Below are positions 10,706-20,344 of a stretch of DNA of 64,000 bases, piece after piece. Under the pieces are notes generated by a model. That model saw only the letters and a list, made by a program, of their open reading frames with translations. It made no database searches and was not told the DNA's origin. Source of the stretch: Firmicutes bacterium HGW-Firmicutes-3. GTDB taxonomy: Bacteria > Bacillota > Clostridia > Lachnospirales > Vallitaleaceae. The stretch is taken from positions 5,328 to 69,327 of the forward strand of contig PGZS01000001.1 in assembly GCA_002841435.1 (NCBI GenBank), written 5' to 3'. Positions within the stretch are counted from its first letter, which is position 1, and every line of letters starts with the position of its first letter. A program made the position numbers and the translations under genes.

Positions 10706-10853
10706 CCGGTCACCTCACTTATTGATAGGGTTAAAGTGTCATGTAATGACATTTTACCATAGTTCTAAAAAAATATCATTATTTGTCATGGGTTATTTCC
10801 CACTTTCAACTTAATCTTTTTGTGTTTTAGTCCTTTCATATCTTCTGCATCCC

Positions 10854-11606
10854 TTAGCCCCATTGCCAGAAACGTTTAACCTTAATAGCCTTGGAGTTTG
10901 GCGCTTCTAAATCATACCCATTAAGGACTGCTTTTGGGTTGTGAACAAAAAGGAGGTCGGCATCTTCTTTTCCGGTTTTTTCAAGTACTACGTTATAAGC
11001 CTTCTTTATTGACGGTTTTCTTCTTGTTACGCCATGGGCATCGGTACTTATTAAGTGGACCCAACCTGCTCTTATCCATTTCAGTCCTATTTTTCTTGTT
11101 TTCCTTTTTAGCAATGCATTTGATGTCAACTGAATGTATATGTTTCTCTCAACAAGTTCTTTTATTTTATTTGGCTGGTTAATTAGCACCTCATAACGTT
11201 CAGCATGGGCTAGAATCACTTTATAGCCTTTTAATTGTAGTTGATGCAATAGCGCATCGTGAAATGGAAAATAGTGCCTAAAGGGTAATTCTACCAAGAC
11301 ATAGGGACCATCATTCAATGTATATGCCTTTTTCTCTAACAAATCCATAACATTGTCTTCACTTAAATAGATTTCATTACCCATATACAGTTTTAGATTC
11401 AACTTTTGTTTTGCCAGCTCATTTTTTAGCGCTTCATAAGCCTCCGGCACTTTTTCATTTATATATCCGGGCCTTTTGTAATGGGGTGTAACAATCATTT
11501 CCGTAATACCTTCGTCCATTGCCATTTTTGCCATTTCAACCGATTCTGACATCATTTTCGGACCGTCATCCACATTTGGAAGTATATGTATATGCGTATC
11601 AATCAT
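10854..11606 (-). CDS. PHP-family tyrosine-protein phosphatase (CpsB/CapC/YwqE-like)
   Basis: MIDTHIHILPNVDDG, TPH, LAHAERY and STDAH motifs. Start re-placed to ATG 11606 (GAGGA RBS), overlapping the end of galE. Confidence 0.88.
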   Translation of the reverse strand: MIDTHIHILPNVDDGPKMMSESVEMAKMAMDEGITEMIVTPHYKRPGYINEKVPEAYEALKNELAKQKLNLKLYMGNEIYLSEDNVMDLLEKKAYTLNDGPYVLVELPFRHYFPFHDALLHQLQLKGYKVILAHAERYEVLINQPNKIKELVERNIYIQLTSNALLKRKTRKIGLKWIRAGWVHLISTDAHGVTRRKPSIKKAYNVVLEKTGKEDADLLFVHNPKAVLNGYDLEAPNSKAIKVKRFWQWG

Positions 11607-12615
11607 TAACATAATCCTCAGGATACATACTTTGCCAACGCCATGCATCCCTACACATATCTTCTAAACTTCTTTTCGCTTCCCAGCCCAATAGTTCTTT
11701 TGCCTTGCTCACATCTGCGTAACATGTCCCAATATCACCGGGACGTCTATCCATAAAGGTATATGGAATCTTTACATCATTGGCCTTTTCAAAGGTCTTA
11801 ATCACCTCTAAAACACTATGGCCTTTACCTGTTCCAAGGTTTATGGCTTCAATGCCTTGTTGCGTTGTTGTGTAAGCAAGCGCGCTCAAATGGCCCTTTG
11901 CCAGATCCACCACATGTATATAATCTCGAACACCTGTACCATCCGGTGTGTCATAGTCTTTCCCGAAAATGCCCAATTGCTTTCTTTTTCCAATACCGAC
12001 TTGTGTAACATAAGGCATGAGGTTATTGGGTATACCACTTGGATCTTCACCTATAAGACCACTTTCGTGGGCCCCTATAGGATTAAAATAACGCAGTAAT
12101 ACAATCTGCCATGTCGGATCGGCTTGGTATATATCTTCTAAGATTTTCTCTATCATCCACTTTGTTGTACCATAAGGGTTGGTCGTACTAAGAGGTAAAT
12201 CCTCAATAAGCGGCGATAGGTTACTTAATCCATATACCGTTGCTGATGAACTAAATACCAATTTCTTGACACCATATTGATTCATAAGCTTAAAAAGTAT
12301 TAAAGAACCGGTTATATTATTATGATAATAGCTTAGAGGCAAGGCAACCGATTCTCCAACTGCCTTTAATCCGGCAAAATGAATGACCGCCTCTATATCA
12401 TGCTTCTTAAAAACTGCTTCCATGCCTTTTTCATCCAGAAGATCCACTTCATAAAAAGTGACATCTTTACCTGTTATGCGCTTGACTCTATTTAGTGCTT
12501 CCGGTTTACTGTTGCTATAATTATCTACCACCACCACATCTATGGATGCTTCTAATAATTCAACTAGGGTATGACTACCAATATACCCTGCACCGCCTGT
12601 AACCAATACTGCCAT
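11599..12615 (-). CDS. galE: UDP-glucose 4-epimerase
   Basis: GGAGYIGSH, HFAGLKAVGES, YxxxK and LRYFNPIGAH motifs. Start at 12615 after a GGGAGG RBS. Confidence 0.95.
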   Translation of the reverse strand: MAVLVTGGAGYIGSHTLVELLEASIDVVVVDNYSNSKPEALNRVKRITGKDVTFYEVDLLDEKGMEAVFKKHDIEAVIHFAGLKAVGESVALPLSYYHNNITGSLILFKLMNQYGVKKLVFSSSATVYGLSNLSPLIEDLPLSTTNPYGTTKWMIEKILEDIYQADPTWQIVLLRYFNPIGAHESGLIGEDPSGIPNNLMPYVTQVGIGKRKQLGIFGKDYDTPDGTGVRDYIHVVDLAKGHLSALAYTTTQQGIEAINLGTGKGHSVLEVIKTFEKANDVKIPYTFMDRRPGDIGTCYADVSKAKELLGWEAKRSLEDMCRDAWRWQSMYPEDYVND

Positions 12616-12658
12616 TTCGCTACCTCCCTTTATACTCATCATTTATAACTGTATTATC

Positions 12659-13552
12659 TTACTGATAAATCAACCTAATGCCTTGGGCATCAAAATATTT
12701 ACAATTTTCCTCATCCGGTTTCGTATCTGTTATCAAGCTCTCAAAGGCTTGCCATTGTTCTAACTTGGCAAAAGATGAAGTATTCATCTTAGAGCTTTCA
12801 ATCAGCAAAACATTCATCTTGCCTTGCTCAATGATTAAACTGGTTGCCTTTAATTCTTCATAATCACTAAAGGTAATACCATCCGTTTTTGATATCCCTT
12901 CCGGTTCAACAAAAACGATATCAATGTTAAATTGTTTGATAAACTGTTCCATTTGACCGCCTGTTAGGATTTTGTTGTCATTATCCAGTATGCCGCCCGG
13001 TACATGTATTTTTATAAAAGGCTTTTCTGATGCAATCAAAGCATTGGTCAGAGAAGGTGTAATGAGATTGATTTTTAACTTAGGGTCCATGTTTTGAAGT
13101 AGAAGTGCTGAGAGTGTGCCATTACCGACGGCAATAGTATCACCGTCTTTAATATAACCATGGGCTTTACCAACAATCTTATTATAGCGGTCTTTTAATA
13201 TGCTGTCCTCTATGATAATTTCTCGAATTACTTGATCTGGGCAATGTATTTTTGTCCTCATCAAATCTTTCAGCCTATTTTCATAGCTTCTTGAGCCTTC
13301 ACCGGGATATTTAGCTGCAGGGTTTTTATTCATCCATTGTACCCTATTCTTATAAGCAACATCATTTGGAATATCACGTAAATAAGCACCACCATAAGTA
13401 ACAACTAAGCGATCCTCTTCAGCCAACTGCTTTAAGTCTCTTCTAATTGTAGCTTCGCCTACACTATAGGCTTTTGCCAATTCTTTTACCTTGACAGCAC
13501 CATTTTTTTTGATTTCTTTCATAATATCTTGGCGTCGTTCAATTTGATCCAT
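12659..13552 (-). CDS. DeoR/GlpR family transcriptional regulator
   Basis: N-terminal HTH (VGEATIRRDL...TYGGA) and DeoR-type C-terminal sensor; the linker is longer than usual. Confidence 0.85.
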   Translation of the reverse strand: MDQIERRQDIMKEIKKNGAVKVKELAKAYSVGEATIRRDLKQLAEEDRLVVTYGGAYLRDIPNDVAYKNRVQWMNKNPAAKYPGEGSRSYENRLKDLMRTKIHCPDQVIREIIIEDSILKDRYNKIVGKAHGYIKDGDTIAVGNGTLSALLLQNMDPKLKINLITPSLTNALIASEKPFIKIHVPGGILDNDNKILTGGQMEQFIKQFNIDIVFVEPEGISKTDGITFSDYEELKATSLIIEQGKMNVLLIESSKMNTSSFAKLEQWQAFESLITDTKPDEENCKYFDAQGIRLIYQ

Positions 13553-13937
13553 AAGCCCTCCTAGATGTATATTTCATCTTTCATTATAACATTTTCTTTC
13601 TATCTTTCATAATCATTTTATCAGCATTTTAGGATGTTCGAAAGTTATTATAACATGTCAATTAGTAGTTGTTTTATAGCAATATTCTAAACTTCTCTTA
13701 TATTAAATGCTTAATTCGACAATTATATATGCATTTACATATAATTTATATTGATATTATATATAAAAGATATTGACTTTTATATGATTTGTATATATTA
13801 TTAATATTAATACATTATTTATTATCAATATGTATAGGAATGTTATATGAATTTATCGGTATAAGTTGATATTATTAAGAAGGGAGGGGAAAACATTCAA
13901 CTTGCCTACCGATGAAAATAAAAGAACAAAGGAGATT

Positions 13938-14637
13938 ATGATGACACTGTTACATTTATTAATTAGTTTTGGCGGCGGCGTATTTGCTGCTACCATAGGG
14001 GCTTTGTGCCGCTAATAAGAAAAAGCTTATGGGCGATGGCAATGGTACTGACATCGTAACACCTCTGTTTGGCTTAGGAGATCCAACGGTGTTGATAGTA
14101 GGCGGAATTTTTGGTACTTTGGGCTATACAATCAATTACTTACTTTCTTCTGTATTAGCACTTCAAACAGACACCATAGCACTCACCGTTATCATCTCAG
14201 GACTAATTGTCAGACTTATTTTTGGCAAGACAGGTCTTATCGGCGCTTTCGACGGCTCCAAAGGTGAAGCTAGACGTTACTTTCCAAGTGGTAAATTCTT
14301 TCTTTTCATGCTGATTCTGGCAGCCGGTCTTGGGTTAGTTGTCTCTAACATGGCCATTGCTTTGAATATTGCAGCTATTGGTTTTACCATCAGTGCCGCC
14401 TCACTGATTTTTGCAGAAATGGGTTTGCCTGTTCCCGGAACACATCACATCACCTTAATTGCAGGTCTAGCTGCTGTTTCATCCGGTGATCCATACATCG
14501 GTATGGCTTTTGGTATCTTGTCTATGATTGTTGGAGAAGTTTTTGCTCTCATCTTCAACAGCCACAATGATACCCACATTGACCCACCAGCCGGAGCGAT
14601 ATTCATTTGCACCTTTATCGTCCTCGCTATTTTCTAG
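13938..14637 (+). pseudogene. Multi-pass membrane protein, apparently internally deleted and frameshifted
   Basis: AAAGGAG RBS and ATG at 13938 give MMTLLHLLISFGGGVFAATIGALCR*. The rest (ANKKKLMGDGNGTDIVTPL...GTHHIT...THIDPPA) continues in another frame without its own RBS. Confidence 0.65.
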
Positions 14638-14693
14638 TTCATTTATGCAGTGAATACTATCTCCCAAGATAAGAAGCACAAAAAAGAAAAGGC

Positions 14694-14702
14694 CCCAAAC
14701 CT
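14694..14702 (+). repeat. Left target-site duplication CCCAAACCT
   Basis: Directly abuts the IS4 outer IR; an identical 9-mer is at 31830-31838. Confidence 0.85.
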
Positions 14703-16319
14703 CAATGTCATTTAGTTAACGGCGAATAACCAGAAACAGAGATGGAAATATTAGATATTTTCTATCTCTGTTTTTTAATCATATTTTTAGCATGTTTCTT
14801 TCTATGACAAAAAGACAGATTGTCATCTGCCTAAATAAAACATATAATAATTTTGAATTATGCTATTCTATAGAGGAAACTTACTGTTTTCTGGATTTTG
14901 ACTTTGCGAGGGTCTTTGCGTCCAGGTCTTACAGGCAATACGTTCCTCAGTATCAGCAATTCTATATCAGGTGGACTCAAGGCTCTTTTATTCTTTAGGT
15001 ATTCTCTACAGATAAATATTGCCAACGTAAAGTTCACCTGATATATTTTTGCTTTTTTGTTTGTTTCACAATAGCTTTTGTTATTATTGATTCGCAAAAA
15101 TTGTACAATACTAATCTTGCAAAAATTTCTTGTCTTTATGTAGTTAGTCTTTTTTGCATGGAAATTTGATAAGCCTACAGCATACTTTAATTCCCTAAAA
15201 GATGTTTCAATTCCCCATCTCAAGTGGTACAGTTCCTTAATTATATTAGGTGTAAACTCATTTCCATCTAGATTGGTGATGATTGTTTCATATGTGTTAT
15301 CAGTAATTAAAAATCTTACTACTCGAAATAAAATAGGATAATCAATCTTGCTGCCAACAGGTACGTAATCAAACGTCTGACAAGTAGGCATAAATTTATA
15401 ACCATTAGTTAATTTGACTTTCTTTTGACTTCTTGTTAAACGAAAAGAAATAATTTTATCAAATGCACCTTCTTCTGAGATATGCAATCCGGATAGAATC
15501 CCGTTACTACCTTTATCTTTAACGCGTATTATATATTTCCAACCCTTTTCTTCTGCGTGTGCAAAGATATTATAGTTCTCATACCCCCTGTCAGCAATTA
15601 GAATAACATTCTCATCAAATTTAGAACGGTCAATCATCTGTGCACATGCACGAAATTCATTTTTGTTTGCCCAATTTTGTATCGTTGCATCCACATAAAT
15701 TCGGTTCATTACATCGTAGAAAGCGTTTAAATGTAATCGATTGACGCCACCTTCATATTGATTAGAATTGACATATGTCTCTGCATCATTTGGATTTGAT
15801 GCAATTGTCAAATTACTTCCATCACAAGCTAATAGCCTATAACCATTGAATAATTTATTAGATTCCACTACAGATGTAAATTCATGAAATAAAAACTCGA
15901 AGGCTTCAGGTAAAACCTTGGCACGCTGCTGATTATAAGCAGATACCCCCGGAGCATCTTTTGAAAAATCAAAATAATCCAACAGTTCTTTATTCATTGA
16001 ACGCCCAGTCATACCTAATGTAATTTTCATAAATGTCCCAAAATCAATTTTACGTTTTCTGGTAAAATCTTTTTCGGGATTCATAACAAAAAGTGACGAG
16101 ATCTTTTCCATTTCCTCAATAATATTAAACAATAATTTTTTTGCAGTTGAAACAAAGTGCTCTTCCATGTGATAACCTCCTAAAATATAATTTATTCAAG
16201 AGGCTTCGCCACATTTTTTTGGAAAATTGTCAAGTTATTTATATATATTTTTGAAAAAAGAGCCTTGTGTTTTTAATAAACACAAGACGCTTCATGCTTT
16301 TCTTAACTAAATGACATTG
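14703..16319 (-). mobile_element. IS4-family insertion sequence (1617 bp)
   Basis: Perfect 17-bp terminal IRs CAATGTCATTTAGTTAA (14703-14719) and TTAACTAAATGACATTG (16303-16319) enclose a DDE transposase. Confidence 0.92.
14858..16168 (-). CDS. IS4-family DDE transposase, with a likely compensated frameshift near the C-terminus
   Basis: DFTRKRK, LLACDGS, IADRGY and YHLRWGIETSFRELK (Y-x2-R-x3-E-x6-K) motifs. Confidence 0.9.
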   Translation of the reverse strand: MEEHFVSTAKKLLFNIIEEMEKISSLFVMNPEKDFTRKRKIDFGTFMKITLGMTGRSMNKELLDYFDFSKDAPGVSAYNQQRAKVLPEAFEFLFHEFTSVVESNKLFNGYRLLACDGSNLTIASNPNDAETYVNSNQYEGGVNRLHLNAFYDVMNRIYVDATIQNWANKNEFRACAQMIDRSKFDENVILIADRGYENYNIFAHAEEKGWKYIIRVKDKGSNGILSGLHISEEGAFDKIISFRLTRSQKKVKLTNGYKFMPTCQTFDYVPVGSKIDYPILFRVVRFLITDNTYETIITNLDGNEFTPNIIKELYHLRWGIETSFRELKYAVGLSNFHAKKTNYIKTRNFCKISIVQFLRINNNKSYCETNKKAKIYQVNFTLAIFICREYLKNKRALSPPDIELLILRNVLPVRPGRKDPRKVKIQKTVSFLYRIA

Positions 16320-16341
16320 CCCTAATGGGCTCCTAAGTGAA

Positions 16342-16632
16342 TTAAAAGAAGGCTATTGTCTTTTTAACGTTATTATTTTTAAAAAAGTCATCCATATAGC
16401 TTAACAACTCATTAATCTGAGAAAAACGCTCACCTTCCATAAGAGTATATAGAAGATTTTCACAGTCATTTAGACTAAGGTTTAAAGCCTGTAATTCTTC
16501 ATAGTTCTTACTGTTAAGTAATTCAAAAATCTTCAGTTCTTCATTTATTCCCATTCTAGCGTCTGGGATGCCGATATCTGAGGTTTCCATTTTTTCAAGA
16601 AACGCACCAACAGATAAATTATAAAAATACAT
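16342..16632 (-). CDS. Hypothetical protein (96 aa)
   Basis: ORF with strong AGGAGG RBS; no recognisable motif. Confidence 0.55.
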   Translation of the reverse strand: MYFYNLSVGAFLEKMETSDIGIPDARMGINEELKIFELLNSKNYEELQALNLSLNDCENLLYTLMEGERFSQINELLSYMDDFFKNNNVKKTIAFF

Positions 16633-16717
16633 AAAGCTACCTCCTAATTTGCTATAATATCAAGCATTTTCAACATGGCGGTAAATTTACTTACAGCTTT
16701 CATATCTATTAAGATTA

Positions 16718-17257
16718 CTAATTTTGGGTTCCTGAAAAGAAATCCTTTGGAAGAATATTACCCATTAAATCATAATAGGTACGCTGAATTCTCTTCAAAT
16801 ACATCTTGCCACCAGTAACTTCTAAGGTAGCAATTACCATACGTCCAGAAAGCGTGTTCGAAAAGTCTTGGCGATATTTACAAGGTTCTATTCTTACTGA
16901 TGTAGCAGGGTCTTCAAATACAAAAATATTCATATCTTTCCCAACCGGAATAACAATTTTACAATAAACAAAATACTCCTTCGGTTTTAGAATAAGACCC
17001 AAACTTTTTATAGATAAAAACATCATAATATAGGTTAATGCTTCTTGAGCAAAACGATTCATAACATCCGCTCTTGAGAAAATACTATCTTTAAATGGTT
17101 CCTGGTCCATTCTAGGATAAGCAGAATACAGATTTGCTTTCTTTTTATATAAACCCGTTTCTAGAAAAGAATTTCGTGACTTGATAGACTCAAGAGAACC
17201 TAAAAGCTTATGTTTTGATGCATCAAGCTTACTATACTTTTTAGCGAGGGTATACAT
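16718..17257 (-). CDS. Hypothetical protein (179 aa), possibly frameshifted from an upstream TM-anchor segment
   Basis: Long ORF in AT-rich DNA. An upstream ATG near 17325 encodes a hydrophobic stretch (MVEVSAVIFIILINLLVG) in another frame. Confidence 0.5.
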   Translation of the reverse strand: MYTLAKKYSKLDASKHKLLGSLESIKSRNSFLETGLYKKKANLYSAYPRMDQEPFKDSIFSRADVMNRFAQEALTYIMMFLSIKSLGLILKPKEYFVYCKIVIPVGKDMNIFVFEDPATSVRIEPCKYRQDFSNTLSGRMVIATLEVTGGKMYLKRIQRTYYDLMGNILPKDFFSGTQN

Positions 17258-17615
17258 ACTAAAAGTAAGTACCCCACAAGTAAATTAATAAGTATAATAA
17301 AAATAACGGCACTTACCTCAACCATCACACAACCCCCTATGTAAATATACCAAATGATTTAGCAATGGATCTTAAAGTCATTTTGATTACAGAAAAACAA
17401 GATTCCTCATTAACGTCACTTTCTTCATACCAATCACAATCAATAACATCGGAAAACGGATTAATACTTATGTCATTATGGTTTTGCAAATTGATTTCAT
17501 CAAAAAAATCACTGCCCTCCACTACATCACAATCGATAATATCTTTTAAATGTGTTTGCTAATATAAAAGCGTACACTATGCTCTCTCAGAGCGAAATAT
17601 TCAATTGAGAAGGCT

Positions 17616-18485
17616 TTGGTTGAAGAACAGGTAACATTTAATGCTTTTTCAAGACAAAACATAAAAGATTTTATCAGTTGGTTAATAGAAAAGAAGTATG
17701 CTCCAAAAATCATTAACTTAAAGCTTACAGCTATAAGATCATTCTTAAAATACTGTAGCGAAGAAGACTTTGAATTAAGAGGAATCTATACAGAAGTATG
17801 CACAGTTAAAAAGCAAAAGGAAGAAAAACGTCCCATTGAGTATCTTCAGCCAAATGTTACGGCTGCTATTCTTTCAGCTTATGATACATACACCTCTAAG
17901 CATAGACGAAATAGGATGATGTTAATAATGCTTTATGATACTAGATCTCGGGTGCAGGAACTTGCTGATTTAAATCTTAGTTCACTTCATTTAGATACAA
18001 CTAATCCATTTGTAACTTTGATTGGCAAAGGCAAGAAAAGTAGAAATGTTCCTTTATTAAAAAAGACGGTTCAACATTTAGAAGAGTATCTTAAAAAATA
18101 TCATCCTATTGGAGAGGAAAACCCTTTGTTTTATAGCTTCCGCGATAGAAACCCTCATAGATTATCGACTGACAGTATCAGTTTAGTACTTAAAACAGCT
18201 GCTAAAAAAGCTAAAGAATCTTGTGCTGATGTTCCGAAAAGAGTTCATTGTCATATGATTAGAAAAACCAAGGCTATGGATTTATACAAGAATGGTGTGC
18301 CATTACCATTTATCATGCAATTACTTGGTCATGAAAGTATGTCTACGACATCTGGATTTTATGCATTTGCAACACTAGAAATGACGAGCGAAGCAATGAA
18401 TAAGGCAGCACCATCAACAAATTTATCTTTAGAAAAGATTTGGAAAAAAGAAGAAATCAAAAAGATTCTTTATTCCCTAGACTAG
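17616..18485 (+). pseudogene. Tyrosine recombinase, N-terminally truncated; resembles the third recombinase of a RIT element
   Basis: R (SRVQE), GKGKK, HxxR (HMIR), LGH and Y (GFYA) catalytic motifs. TTG start without an RBS; no partner recombinases upstream. Confidence 0.75.
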
Positions 18486-18492
18486 GCAAAAC

Positions 18493-18581
18493 ACTATGCC
18501 GAAGGATCTGAACTAAAACAAGTATTTAAGGAGCTAAATACAAACTTCGGCATAGTATTTTCTTCGGTATAGTCACTATGC
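18493..18581. repeat. RIT-type recombinase binding repeats / element end
   Basis: ACTATGCCGAAG (18493-18504), inverted copies CTTCGGCATAGT (18545-18556) and CTTCGGTATAGT (18562-18573), then ACTATGC. Confidence 0.7.
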
Positions 18582-18762
18582 AAAATTATTTCACCATTAC
18601 TAGGTTCATTTACGAATGAATATGCTTGTCGAATCGTTTCAATAACTATTGGCGTTTAGAATGTGTAGCATAAGCATAATCGAGTATTGCACCATCAAAA
18701 AGGTCCTTTAGTGCTGATAAATATATCGTCCCGTTTAAACCGCTCATCTGGGTAATATCAAT
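18572..18762 (-). pseudogene. IS3-family (IS150-like) transposase core fragment
   Basis: Minus strand reads IDITQMSGLNGTIYLSALKDLFDGAILDY..., then after one frameshift ...EPSNGEIILHSD; this spans the first two catalytic Asp motifs. Confidence 0.7.
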
Positions 18763-18784
18763 GTTATTCTGACATCGGGATAAC

Positions 18785-19329
18785 ATTGATATCACCTATA
18801 TTCGACTTAAGCAGGGGTTCATTTACCTGACAGCTATCATCGATTGGTATAGTCGCTGCATTGCAGCCTGGGATCTGGATGATACACTTGATACTACTTC
18901 AGCATTCAGCACTGAATGCTGTTAAAAAGGCCTTTAAAATAGCAAAACCAGAAATCATAAATTCTGATAAAGCTGACTGTTTACGAGTAAAAAACACACG
19001 GACTACCTCAAAGAACACAAGGTCAAAATCAGTATGGATGGTAAGAATCGATGGGCTGATAATATCATGATTGAAAGTTGATTTCGTACACTAAAGTATG
19101 AGGAAGTCTATTTGAATGACTATGCAAACATCCGTGATGCTAGGACGCGAATCTGAAAAATTATCACCACTTACAACTGGACGAGACATCATTCATAAAT
19201 TGTTTATAAGACTCCTGCAAGTCTTTACTATAGAACTTATGCTAAAGTAGCATAACTACTATGAAACAGGTATCGAATTAGATTCATTAAGAATTTATGT
19301 TTTCGTGTCTTGACTATTAGACCACTATT
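18785..19329 (+). pseudogene. Second IS3-family transposase remnant with its right end
   Basis: IDITYIRLKQGFIYLTAIIDWYSR...PEIINSD...SMDGKNRWADNIMIE...TLKYEEVYL, with frameshifts and stops. Ends in an IS3-like terminus GTGTCTTGACTATTAGACCACTA. Confidence 0.8.
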
Positions 19330-19437
19330 TAATTCAATATATTTAAATATTTCCTTGCGAGCTTGTCCCCTTCTATATATCATGAAGAATACCTTTTCTC
19401 AATAATATAGAATTCTATTCAACTAATTTTTTTTACT

Positions 19438-20307
19438 TTAAGCTCTTAAAGCAAGTTCTAATGAACCCACCAGACCTGCATCCTGACCGTTTTTCGGGTA
19501 TCTAATATATGTATCTAGATTTTCAAGAGCCTGATGCATAACATATCCATTCATATAACGTTTAAAAGCCTCCCTGATTTTTGGAAACATATGCTCCTGT
19601 TGAGAAACTCCACCACCAATCAGAATTATTTCTGGAGATAAAATCAAATTATAAGATACAAGTGCTTGCCCAATATAGTCAGCATTTAGTTCCCAAACTG
19701 AGTTATTCTCCGAAATGAGGGGACCCCTCTTGCCAATTCTTGCTTCGATAGCAGGTCCTGAAACAAGACCCTCGAAGCAGTTTCCGTGAGTCGGACAGAT
19801 ACCTTTGAAGGTATCATCTTTCTTCTGTTTTATAGTGATATGACCCATTTCAGGATGGGTCAAACCATATAGAGTCTCACCTTCTATGACAAAGCCAGCA
19901 CCGATGCCAGTACCAATTGTTATGTATAGAACACTTCGTTTACCTATGCCATATCCATGCCTATATTCGCCAAGAGCAGCTGCATTGACATCTGTGTCTA
20001 TTTTTACCGGTATTTCAAGCGCCTCATAAAAAGTTTTATAAAGATTGATACCACGCCATTTTATCTTCGGTGTATTTTGAATCATACCGTAATCAGGACT
20101 TTCGGGATGGATATCTATCGGACCGAATGTACCAATACCTAGCTTTTGAATCTTATACTTTTTGAAAAAGGCAATAGATTCCTCCAATGTCCTTTCCGGT
20201 TCCAATGTTGGTGTAGTCATCTTATCAATAATATTTAGATTTTCATCCGCTACTGCACAAACGAACTTAGTTCCTCCCGCTTCAATAGCACCTAGCAATT
20301 TTTTCAT
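19438..20307 (-). CDS. ROK-family fructokinase (ScrK/YdhR type)
   Basis: GAIEAGGTKFVCA, GTFGPID, DTDVNAAALGE, TIGTGIG and HPEMGH...CPTHGNCFEG, characteristic of Firmicute fructokinases. Confidence 0.88.
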   Translation of the reverse strand: MKKLLGAIEAGGTKFVCAVADENLNIIDKMTTPTLEPERTLEESIAFFKKYKIQKLGIGTFGPIDIHPESPDYGMIQNTPKIKWRGINLYKTFYEALEIPVKIDTDVNAAALGEYRHGYGIGKRSVLYITIGTGIGAGFVIEGETLYGLTHPEMGHITIKQKKDDTFKGICPTHGNCFEGLVSGPAIEARIGKRGPLISENNSVWELNADYIGQALVSYNLILSPEIILIGGGVSQQEHMFPKIREAFKRYMNGYVMHQALENLDTYIRYPKNGQDAGLVGSLELALRA

Positions 20308-20344
20308 ATTCGTGGTTCTCCAAACAAAGTATTTATATATATTA

